From assembly GCA_951406725.2 (NCBI GenBank), contig OX597821.1, positions 89,156,001 to 89,220,000 of the forward strand: a DNA stretch of 64,000 bases, in the 5' to 3' direction. Source of the stretch: Octopus vulgaris (Eukaryota). A program made the translations under genes and the position numbers. Numbering within the stretch: the stretch's first letter is position 1; each line of letters opens with the position of its first letter. Shown one piece after another: positions 1-12,345 of the stretch. Under the pieces are notes generated by a model. That model searched no databases. It was not told the DNA's origin and saw only the letters and a list, made by a program, of their open reading frames with translations.

Positions 1-143
1 GGAAACATCAGCTGCCATAGAATTCAAGATATGATAACTGATGGATCATGGACAATACTGTAGAACTCTTAAGCCATCTCTAGAAAGCTATCATCTTTCT
101 TTTCTATCTTTGTCTTCACTTACATTCCGTCTCTGTGAATATA

Positions 144-221
<78 letters not shown>

Positions 222-1783
222 TGTATGTGTGTGTGTAAACAGATATCAAAGTATCTTTATGTGCAATCGTATGTAAGTGTTATTATGTGACAGAGGAAGC
301 TGCAACCTCGTGTTATAGCAGGAGTTTTTGTAAAGATGAAAAGATGTTATGCAACATGTCGTATAGCTGAGGGGAAACGCACAATAACGAGCTCCTGGTC
401 CAGCTGCCCAATGATGCAAATCTCAATAAGGAGTTCGAGTATCGCTGCTGCATCATATGCATCAATAATCAAGTCACATGTAGAGTCACGTGATCAGAGC
501 AATACGCATTCATGAGCAGCAGCTGCGTGTCTCAATATCTGAAATGATTTATTTTCATAATAATGCAAATAATCGAGATTATAATGCACAGCATTTATGT
601 TTTTTATATGCATTTATGCTAAATTTTGCACCACGACAGATACAGAGCACACATGCACGTCCACATATGTACACATGAATGCCACAAACGATCAAATATC
701 TCTGTCATTTATTCTGACTTGTGCATATGGTAAGCCATAGTAGACGCAATTCTATTTACGCAATTTAAATTGTGACATTACGTCAAAAAATGGCTAGTTG
801 CTCACTTGAAATGTTTAAGATAAAAATGGTTTAAAATATCAGGTTTCACAAGTCATTTGAATATCTTTGGGCATTCCCTTAACAGCAAACTGGCAATCAT
901 TTAGATAATTAACTCTTAGATTTGTTAGTTAACGAGACAACGCCGATGCCATCACCTGTAATCTGACTGTTCAGTACTGCAGCCAAGTTTTCGGCAATAA
1001 CTCCTACCGATAAAAAAAAATAGCAACGCATATATTAATACCCGAAAATCAATTACAAATTGATCTAAAAGTAAACAACCAAACTAACAATGTCTTCCAT
1101 TTGTATTTCTTTATTATTTATTTTCTTTTCAAAATAACATTCTGTCAGGTTTTTATATAGTCTAACATTAATATTTAATTCTACGTACGCTCTTTGAAAC
1201 CTGTCATGATTTTATGTTAGTGCATTAATATTTTCTATTGTAGCATAACTCACAATAAGTACTATATTGATCTGCACGAAAAGTAAATAAGATATTTACT
1301 TAATAAACAAGGATGGATTCCACTACCATTTACCAAAAACATGACACTGTGTAACAAATACATAAAGGTTGGTTTTGTAATTTATTCTTCACAATAGAAA
1401 TGTATATTGGTGTATTTGGAAGAAAATGTCATGTTAGCCATAAAAAGTAACAATAACCAGAACCTTTAGAGTGTCGGACAGAATGCCTTGAAATACTTGT
1501 CCCGGCTGTCTATCCAGTGAGATAACATTCGTCCGCCTCTTTTTTTTTTTACCTTAGATACATTTGATAAATGATCAGTAAAGCATCATTCCAGTACGGG
1601 AAATCTCTCCGGGGGATGTGTGTGTGTATGTGAGTATGTGTCTGTCTATCTGTATGTATGTATACGTGTATGTATGCTTGTGCGGCCACATAGCATAAAG
1701 CACTCGAAGATGGCTGAAGATGAGAGTGAATATGCATACAAACAAATATACATATATGCATACTTGCTTGTGTGTGCGTGTGA

Positions 1784-1825
<42 letters not shown>

Positions 1826-1830
1826 GCACA

Positions 1831-1918
1831 GTCAAACAAATACATTAGTTACAGTAGTATGTTACAGCTGTTGTGTTTAGACTTGCTTTTATTGAATACT
1901 TTCATTTGTTGTGTGTCC

Positions 1919-1983
<65 letters not shown>

Positions 1984-2071
1984 TACAACAAATAAAAATA
2001 TCCAATATATGTAGGTCAAAGCATAACAGCTGTAACATACTACTGGGGTTAACTAATGTATTGATGTAGAC
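1831..2071. repeat. Imperfect inverted repeat (arms of about 90 bp) centred on (TA)n
   Basis: tacattagtta..cagtagtatgttacagctgtt..atttgttgtgtgtc (1831-1918) is the reverse complement of 1980-2071. Confidence 0.85.
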
Positions 2072-3189
2072 GACTTAATTTTTGCACTTGGCTGTTTTAA
2101 GTTCTAAAATAATGTGCCTATAAAATTCCTTTCGAAATTTTTCTTTTCCTTTTATGTTGTACGATGTCGATTACATTGATTCTTAAGTAATTGAAATTTT
2201 CGAAATTCTGTTACGCGTTCTTAAGTAATGTTTCTCTCTTCAAGATTACCTCCCTCCGCTTTTCTGATAATCTTTATCTCTTGCCAATTCTTTTCGTATA
2301 TATGTGTATTATATGTAGCAGTGTTTCTGCTTTTTTGTCTTCTAGAACGTATAACTCGAAGTATGAATGATTACACTGTGTAACGAAATTTTTATTTATC
2401 TTTTTGTCGTTGGTCAGTGTTATTTCCTATTTGCTTCTATTTAGAAATTATAGGAAATGACTACCATTCCCTTCAAACTTTGCTTTTGTAACCTTGACGT
2501 CAACGTCTTGAAGCTTATCTATTTTCCATTATATTTCACACAGATTCATCGCTGAAGTTATGAAGCAGAAATATTATAGAAAATATTCTGCTCAATACCA
2601 CGGATTTGCTTGTCACTTGCTTGATCTTAACCACTTGAGCATGTCCCTTAGTAGCTGACAATCTGTGCATCTCTGATCATGAAGGAAAGTATCGGGAGAG
2701 CATGATAGCGATGTGTTGAGAGGGATTCGTTGAGGTTTGAATAAATGTAGCAACAGCAAAGTTTGAACGAAATATTAGCCGTTGTTCATACTTTCTAAGG
2801 GTAAGCAAATAGGAAATAACAGCTGCTATCCAAGGACAAAAATCATGTCAGACAGTGTTATCCTTGCATTGAATTTGTATCCAGGTCAAATATGGTGTAG
2901 CATGTTGGTTCAATTTGCAAGCGTCAGGTATGATAGCACAATAGATTAGATTATTGATCTTTTCATTTCTTATGTAATGGCCGCGTATTCCTTGCCATAG
3001 CGATCATCTACTGCCAACTCATCTTGTTGTAACAGCACAGATGCACTTTCATAGAAAACCTGAGCATGTGTAGAAACTACAACAATTTCAGAGACTGCTG
3101 GATTCTTGCTAGGACTTGTTAGGCAGAGACTGTACGGATGTGTGCGCAGAGTTGACCATTTCTGTTCTTGGTTGGTCGGCTTTATCCAT

Positions 3190-3965
3190 CGCGTGCTTTA
3201 TTCCACAATTTCCTTGTCAACGTCCACACTCGAGAATATATGGTCCACATCTTCGCTCAGAGTAAAAGAATTTCTGCTTCTTCGCAACATGTCTAGGAAG
3301 TAATAAAAACAATATTTTACTTTTTATAACGAGTTTCACCTTAAGTAGTTAGACTGACATATCTGATGTATGTAATATCAGATGAACTGCTAACAGCCGT
3401 TGTAACACCTTCTAACACGTGGATGATGCCGTCCTCATTTCGAACTGCAAAACTTTTATGTTTACGCAGATAATACCACTTTTCAATTCCCGTTAACAAT
3501 CCTCACTCATATGCTATCTATTCACAATGTAGACATCTTGTACCAAATCTACAGAAACGCCCTTCACGAAGATGATGCCAATCTTGTCCCCTTCAAATGA
3601 TTGCTCCCATATCTGGGTCAATGTAGCAGCTACAAAAAAAAAACCCACCTAAACAGCATCCAAAGAATACCTGCTCAACATGTGTGGCAATAAACGGTTC
3701 TCAGGTACATCCAACCTCTGACCCAGAAACGTAGTGTCTTCTCTTAACATTTTCTGCTGTATCTGAATTCTCCTGATGCCACTTTTACACAGCACTCACA
3801 GCTTCTCAACTCAGTTATCTTGCATTTACTTGTCATATTACGACCAACTCCGAAGCACCGGAGTAACGATGATACCAAAGCAGTTCTCCTCAGAACGTCA
3901 GATTTTTAACATCTCTTCTGGCACATATTTCTCTAAAGGTAAAATTTCTCTAAAGCTACAGCGCT
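3190..3965 (+). mobile_element. Highly degraded CR1/Jockey-type LINE reverse transcriptase relic
   Basis: YSTISLS (YRPISL-like, about 3199), YVYADNTTF (YADD motif, about 3458-3484), and downstream segments resembling the CR1 C-terminus (SIQR.., FSSERQ in place of FFPRT). Many stops and frameshifts. Confidence 0.5.
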
Positions 3966-4538
3966 AATAGTGCCGGTATAACGGCCTTAGCAAAACCCAC
4001 GAGCACATCTTAGCTTCTAGCAGACCATTCAAATAATGATAATTTATTATTATATGCTTATATGGTAATATGTAATGATATATATACGCACACAGATATG
4101 TGTGTGTATGCATGTATGTTTGTATGCACATATATATATATATATATATGTGTGTGTGTATGTGTGTGTATGCGTATATGTATGGGTGTATCTAAAATAG
4201 ATGTAAATATAAATATTAATATATATATATTATTTATGTGTATATATATGTGTGTGTATATGTATATATATATATATATATATATGTAGTAGAAATATGT
4301 TACGAAAAGAAAATATAAAATACACGTGGAAATGTAAGGGTAAAATATGAAAAATCAACGAAAATGCATATTGCAAATAGAAAAAGGCTATTTATGACAG
4401 GTAGTGACAAATATATACATTTAGATTGACTGAGGTAGTAATACGAGTCATAAAGGTCATTATTATGAGATGATTATAAGAAGATAATAAAGTAAGAAAA
4501 CAAAACGAACCAGTGGTTTACGCGAAGGCTATTCATCG

Positions 4539-4684
<146 letters not shown>

Positions 4685-5099
4685 GTGTATGTGTGCATGT
4701 GTATATATATAGAGAGATTAATAAATGAAGGTGCAGAATAACACCTACAATTGCTAGATATGAGAGCTAAACTTTAACTCGAAGAGCCACACAAAAGCAT
4801 CTAAGCTCATTAAATATTTGGGACTGTGAGCAGCAAGCCACAACATCTTTCTTCAGCGAGATACACTCGCAGAATGAAGTAGCTTGATAAAACCTTATCG
4901 CATTATTTCGAAATTTGATCAATACAATCTCGTTTCTCATCAGAGGGGTTTCTACAATTACTCCGAGTTAAAAGAGATAGCAGGCCTTCCATTCGTTGAT
5001 GAGGAAAAACAACCGTTGAAAAGCCAGCGATAACATTCAAATCAGTTAAAATATATAGCAATATAGAATATATTAATATATTATATTATTTTGATATCT

Positions 5100-5177
<78 letters not shown>

Positions 5178-5180
5178 AAG

Positions 5181-5582
5181 CGCCGAGTTGGCAGAAACGT
5201 TAGCACGCCGGACGAAATGCTTAGCGGTATTTCGTGTGCCGTTACGTTCTGAGTTCAAATTTCGCCGAGGTAGACTTTGCCTTTCATCCTTTCGGGGTCG
5301 ATTAAATAAGTACCAGTTACGCACCGGGTCGATATAATCGAATTAATTCGTTTGCCTGTCCTTGTTTGTCCTCTCTGTGTTTAGCCCCTTGTGGGTAGTA
5401 AAGAAATAGGTATTTCGTCTGCCTTTAGGCTCTGAGTTCAAATTCCGTAGAAGTCGACTTTGCCTTTCATCCTTTCGGGTTCGATAAATTAAGTACCAGT
5501 TGCGTACTGGGGTCGGTCTAATCGACTGGTCCATTCCCCCCCCAAATTTCGAACCTTGTACCTAGAGTAGAAAACACTATTA
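5181..5582 (+). mobile_element. SINE family B (gcctttcatcctttcggggtcgat core, Meta/beta-domain-like), one head and two tandem bodies
   Basis: Head gagttggcagaaacgttagcacgccgg, B-box-like gagttcaaatt; the body restarts at about 5409. Confidence 0.88.
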
Positions 5583-6465
5583 TATATATATATTAGTATT
5601 TGTATACAAATATATACTCTCATATTCGTGAATATATTTCTACTATTCACATACACATATTGACATACATGCGTAGAGAATGCATACATACATATACGTA
5701 CATATATTGCCATGCATACATTTATTGTCATTCATAAATTCAAATACATATATATATATACATATATACGCATGCGTATGCCTATATGCCAGCGTCTACA
5801 TCATTATTGATAGACAAGAGCCCCAGACAGTAGCAATATCAGTAGCTTATATACTCTATTCATCTTTGTTAATACATTCCCAATAAAACTATTTAAAATT
5901 TGTTTACTTGGTATTTCAAAGATAAGGGAAAGCAGTAAATATTGTTGGCAGAATGGAATTAAAGGCTCTCAAACTCTGATCATAGAAAGATAGATATATG
6001 CAAATACATGTAGACATACATACGTATAGGAAAGCACAATCGTATCGTAATATTCTCGCACACAAAATCACACACTAACACTCGCTGAATAAGAGTCTGA
6101 TGCATATATATTCCTGCCCCTTCGTAAAAGTTGCAATCTATACAGTCTATACATTGTATATACATAACAATATAGAGATATGGTTTCAAAGAGGCTGTCA
6201 GTGTTCGCCGGCTCACCTAGAATGTGTGTATGTGCATATGTTTATACACACACACACACATACTCATGCGTACACACGCACGTATGCACACACGCACGTA
6301 CGCACACACGTATATGTGAATATTATGTATGTATGTGTACGTAAACGGAAAAATTCATATAGAGAGATAAGTATGTAGCTATATGTCTAACTTTATACAT
6401 ATACATGTATAAGTTTCTATGTGACTTCGTGTTTAACTATACATATATACGTACAGAGCAACATA

Positions 6466-6552
<87 letters not shown>

Positions 6553-7711
6553 ATGTGTGTGTATATGTGTGTGTATTTGTATATATATATATATACACAC
6601 ACACAATATGTATGCATATAGATATTTACATGTATATATAGGTATATATATACATCCATATATACATCCATCCATACATACCGCTGACATCTATTATATG
6701 TTTTATGACATCTATTCTTTGCGTAATGTCTGCCAAAGTTATTGTCGATATACCATTCTTGTTTATATTCTGTTACTTTAAGTTCTATTTAGGAATTCTT
6801 GTCTTTTGTAGTTTTAATATCCTCCTAAAATGTCTTCAACAATTTTTCCTTCCTGTTTTGTTATCTTTCACTACACATTCTTTATACAACACTGGATATA
6901 CAGTTCACTGGGAGAGCATAGTCTCCAGCTGATATGACTCTGGCTAGCTTGTTAAAATTCTCTGTAAGATACTCTTTTTTTTTTTTCTTTCAAATAGTCA
7001 TTGTTCAATTTTTGCCAGAAAATTCAGAATTGGTTACTAAAGCTAGATAGAAAGAAAGGAAGAATGAAATTAAAAAAATACAAAAAAAAAAAGAAGTAAG
7101 AAAAGAAAAAAATATATAATAATACTGTGATTTAGTAGAAAGCTTCCCAAATTCGAAAGTGAAAGTAGACTGGCTAAAAATAAAACAAAATTATGTCAAT
7201 AGAAAATTTAGTGGTTGTTTCCTATGATTTCACGACATGATTTTTCTTTAAAAATATTTGTTTTGGTTCACAATGTTGTATCTCTGTCAAGGGTTTCAAC
7301 GAATTTCTATTGCTGCTCTAAAATGTTGATTATGATGCTAGAGATGTTTTCATTATGATACTGTTATTGTTGTGGTGTAGGTGTTGATGTTGGCATGATG
7401 TTGAATATAGTTTTATGATGTTTGTGCTAATGTTTTGATGGTGTTGCTGTTGCTGGTATAACGTTTTTGTTGTTGGTCATTATAATACTGGTATTGGTGT
7501 CGTTAAAATATTAGCGTTGGAGTTGTTATGTCATTGATGTTGTGGTCGTCGTTGTTGTTGTTGTTGTTATGTGTCTGATGATGATGTTGTTATGGCGATG
7601 TTGTTCATTAATTTGTTGATATTCTTATGATATTGAAGTTCATGGGGGTATGCTGATAGTGTTGAGATCACAATCGGTATTGATGCTTTGTATTTGGTGT
7701 TGAGGTTATAT

Positions 7712-8066
7712 AGAAGAAGAAGAAGAAGAAGAAGAAGAAGAAGAAGAAAGGAGGAGGAGGAGGAGGAGGAGGAGGAGAAGAAGAAAAAGAAGAAAAAGAA
7801 GAAGAAGAAGAAGAAGAAGAAGAAGAAAAAGAAAAAGAAAAAGAAGAAGAAGAAGAAGGAGAAGAAGAAGGAGGAGAAGGAGAAGGAGAAGAAGAAGGAG
7901 AAGGAGAAGGAGAAGAAGAAGAAGGAGGAGAAGAAGAAGAAGAAGAAGAAGGAGAAGAAGAAGAAGGAGAAGAAGAAGAAGAAGAAGGAGACGAAGAAGA
8001 AGAAGAAGAAGAAGGAGAAGAAGAAGAAGAAGAAGAAGAAGAAGAAGAAGAAGAAGAAGAAGAAGA
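7712..8066. repeat. (AAG/GAG)n polypurine microsatellite, about 350 bp
   Basis: Directly visible; almost purely purine on the + strand. Confidence 0.98.
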
Positions 8067-8998
8067 GGCGCCGCTTCTGCTGTTGATAAGCATGATGAAA
8101 GAAACCCTGTGAGCCGCACATCACTTTTTATTTTCAGACGATCCAATGAGTCTTTCCAACTATTCCAATATAAGGGATTAATTTTTACGGAGATTGGCGA
8201 TTACTAAGCAATTTAAAGAAGTAAGTAAGGACTATAGGAAATTAGGTATATACATATATTGGTGACCATAATGAAGATGATGGTGGCAATAATGACAAAC
8301 TTCGTTTTACTGATGAGAGCTTGACTTATACAGTGTCCCTAGAATGGTAGAAGGAAAAGTAGAAGCTAGGCTTAATACGGTGACACAACTGTTTGAAACC
8401 AGGGACCAGTGGATATTGTTTAATGTAGAAACAGTTTAAATTTACTATGACCAAAACAGAAACTGATGTCCCGATAGACTTCCATTCAGTCACCTTCCAG
8501 CAGATTTCTCTTACAAGGATTAAGGCCGGCTCACAGCTCTTGCAGAAGACACTTTCCAAAGTTCTCTGAATTAGGATCGAGCCTATGACTACATGGTTCT
8601 GAAGCAATCGTTTTAAGCACAACAGTAGCTCTGATACTCGGTGTCTATGTTCATGATGTGAACTTTCTCTGATTTTCAAAGACGAAGACACTCATAATGT
8701 ATAACACGTAAAAAGAATATTGACATACGCATATATCGTTATATTTACATGAATATGTCTCTATGTCTATAATATATATACGCGCTAGGTCAGACGCTCA
8801 CTATACTACAATTTGCTCTCTCTCTCCTCGCTTGACATTTTCAACATTATCACTCTCTTCATTTTAACTACAAACTTACTTGGTCGACTTTTTGGCTTCT
8901 GTACAACCTAATTGCACTATTTCCTCCATTTATTTTTCTTTTGATTTTGTCATATCAATTATCTTCCTTTATTTTCTTTCATACCCTCCTTCTATCTT

Positions 8999-9002
<4 letters not shown>

Positions 9003-9044
<42 letters not shown>

Positions 9045-9051
9045 TAGATAG

Positions 9052-9094
<43 letters not shown>

Positions 9095-9095
9095 T

Positions 9096-9181
<86 letters not shown>

Positions 9182-9250
9182 TATATATATATGTATATGC
9201 ATATATAGATAGATACATAGATGCATACACACACACACACATATATATAT
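9003..9250. repeat. Long interrupted (TA)n tract
   Basis: Directly visible; many shorter (TA)n, (CA)n and (TG)n tracts occur throughout the window. Confidence 0.95.
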
Positions 9251-9867
9251 GCATATTTATGTGCATATATTCATATATATGTGCGTGCGTGTGCGTATAT
9301 AAGCGTAAATATGCAAAGCCGTACCATACAAATCTATGTATATATATATTTATATACGCACATATTTGCGTGTTCGTCTGTTTGTGTGTGTGTGTGTGTG
9401 CGTCTGCGTCTGCGTGCGAGCATGTACGTAAGTGTTCAAGAATGGCTCAGCTGTGAGGAAGTGAGCGTCTTAATAATCATGTTCGATGCTCATGTCGTCA
9501 TAGCGTTTCTTCTATTCAAACCTCATTTCAGCTCAACCCAACTTAATTTCTTTTTTTTTTTTTGCGGTTGTAAACGAAAACTGAGTGGAAGGCTATCGAA
9601 TGGAATATACCTGTAATCCTAAGTACCAAATGTGGTGGACACTGTGTCACGCTGTATATAGCTGAAGTTTACGGATTGCTCAAACATTTGCACTGATATA
9701 CAATGAGTAGGTGACTCAGTCAAGACACTGGCTCTAATACTCAGTTGAAACTCATTGTCCATAGTGACGAAAGATTTTTTACTCATAAATAAGAGCACAC
9801 TATTTATGCACCTTCTTTCTTTGTCTCTTCCTTTCTATCTACCTAATATATGTATGAATATATATAT

Positions 9868-9940
<73 letters not shown>

Positions 9941-9941
9941 C

Positions 9942-10305
9942 AGCTTGCTTACCAACCACATGGTTCCGGGTTCAGTCCCACTGCGTGGCACCTTGGGCAA
10001 GTGTCTTCTACTGTAGCCTCGAGCCGACCAAAGCCTTCTGAGTGGATTTGGTAAACGGAAACTGAAAGAATCCCGTCGTATATATGTATATATATATGTA
10101 TGTGTGTATGTGTTTGCGTTTGTCCACCCAACATCGCTGGTGCGATGCTGGTGCGTTTACGTCCCAGTAACTTAGCGGTTCGGCAAAAGGGATCGATAGA
10201 ATAAGTACTAGGCTTACAAAGAATAAGTCCTGGGGTCGATTTGCGCGACTAAAGGCAGTGCTCCAGCATGGCCACTGTCAAATGACTGAAACAAGTAAAA
10301 GAGAG
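9942..10305 (+). mobile_element. SINE family A (tRNA-like head, CORE-like box, internal (TA)n(TG)n), 5'-truncated
   Basis: Near-identical to the copies at 17526, 32760, 34241, 40722 and 55507. Contains ccttgggcaagtgtctt and the tail gactgaaacaagtaaaagag. Confidence 0.9.
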
Positions 10306-11066
10306 TATATATATGTGTTTGTGTGTGTGTATGTGTGTGTGTGTGTATGTGTTTGAGATTGTGTGTGTGTGTGTATCCATCGATCAATGTATACAAACAT
10401 GCATACATTCATCTGTCTTCCTGCCTGAATGAACGAATCGGTATATATTGGAGTGAGCCTTTGTGTGTGTATATTTATGGACATACGTGTGTTTGGGTGT
10501 GCATGTGTGTGGGTGGGTGGGTGTTTTTTGTGTGTGTGTGTGTGTGTGTGCATGTATGTATGTAGGTATAAATAGATTAGCAATATGAAGGAAATGTGTA
10601 AAATGTATACACACGCATGTAAGTGCTTATATAAACACACGCATTTCCTGAAGCATATACGCATGTTAGACATCAATACTTTATTTCTCATTCTCCCGCC
10701 CAATTCCCACTAGCATCTATCTACATTAAACAAACTCCTTACAAGTGTCTCAATAACTACCTTTCCTCACAAGACAATTCATCCTAAAACAACAACAACA
10801 ACAACAATAACAACAGCAACAACAACAAACAACAACAAAGTGACGAACAAAAACAAGTATGACAGTCACCGATAACAACGATGTCATTACCGCCAAAATT
10901 CCTTCGCCCTTACCTCACTCCGCGGAAGAAAATTCCATGATAAACACAACAATACGATTATTAACAATAACAGAAACAACAGAATTATAAATATAAGGGC
11001 ATTAGCAACATTTGCTGTTGCTGCTACTCCTTCTCCACCGCCTACTCCTCCTACTCCACCACCACT

Positions 11067-11067
<1 letters not shown>

Positions 11068-11121
<54 letters not shown>

Positions 11122-11152
11122 GCTGCTGCTACTACTGCTGCTGCTGCTGCTA
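11068..11152. repeat. (CTA)n/(CTG)n microsatellite within a CAA-rich low-complexity region (10787-11410)
   Basis: Directly visible. Confidence 0.95.
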
Positions 11153-11270
11153 CGAAAGTAAGAAAATAAGAATAGTACCAACAACAATACCTACAACAAC
11201 AATATCTGCTATAGCAATCACAACTTCCAAAAAACAAAAACAAAATCTGCATTAACAATAACAACAATAG

Positions 11271-11301
<31 letters not shown>

Positions 11302-11955
11302 TTCTTCTACTACAGCGAAAGCGTCTACTGCAACCACACCACCAGATAAAACAGTTTCAACACCACCACTACCACCACCAAGACAACAATCAGAATAACA
11401 ACACAAACAAAAAGTCAGAATATCATCCATGTATCGGTAGGATAACAGAGAATGTCTTTTCTTTGATATTTCTACAGCAAATAAAATATATTGGCGTGTT
11501 TGACTTCAGCGAAGCATATGAAATGCTTGACAATCTTTCATCTTTGATCAATACACTCTGATTATACGGAAACTGTTAGTTTGTCTTAGTTGCACAACCG
11601 TGAAAGAAGAGTTCAAATCCATCATCAAGAAGATATTCATTTTATTATATTTTTTGTTATTCAAAAACATTTATTGATCCTTAGATAGCATATAGAGACA
11701 TGATGGCATTATATGAGAAAGATAGGTATAGTAATACTTGCTCGCACGTCATGAGTTCAAATGCTCTGTAGTCAATGCTTTATGTGTTGAGGTAGAATTC
11801 CTTATCCTACAATACTACCGGTCACCTTAGATGCTTGTAAGAATAGCTCATTTCTCATGCCTAGTAATGTTGCCTGTTATAGAAAAGTAAACTCTCTTAT
11901 ACTTTATTAGTTTCCATTTTTATTTATATATTTGCGTATGTTATTAATTAATATG

Positions 11956-12345
11956 GGTGGAGGCACAATGGCCCAGTGGTTAGGGCAGTGGACTCGCGGT
12001 CATAGGATCGCGGTTTCGATTCCCAGACCGGGCGTTGTGAGTGTTTATTGAGCGAAAACACCTAAAAGCTCCTCGAGGCTCCGGCAGGGGATGGTGGTGA
12101 TCCCTGCTGTACTCTTTCACCACAACTTTCTCTCACTCTTACTTCCTGTTTCTGTTGTACCTGTATTTCAAAGGGCCGGCCTTGTCAGTCTCTGTGTCAC
12201 GCTGAATATCCCCGAGAACTACGTTAAGGGTACACGTGTCTGTGGAGTGCTCAGCCACTTACACGTTAATTTCACGAGCAGGCTGTTCCGTTGATCGGAT
12301 CAACCGGAACCCTCGTCGTCGTAACCGACGGAGTGCTTCCATTCC
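11956..12345 (+). mobile_element. SINE family C (tRNA-derived head, about 390 bp)
   Basis: A box tggcccagtgg and B box ggtttcgattccc; TSD aattaatatg (11946-55 and 12346-55); near-identical to the copies at 44699 and 51328. Confidence 0.93.

Noticed and set aside
11958-12030. tRNA-like sequences at SINE heads (also 27035-27107, 38278, 44700, 51330, 56678)
   Set aside because: They continue into SINE bodies, several with TSDs, and lack a proper acceptor stem; not tRNA genes.
12091-12294. 67-aa ORF MVVIPAV.. repeated at 44830 and 51461
   Set aside because: It lies wholly within SINE family C; the identity reflects young SINE copies, not a gene family.
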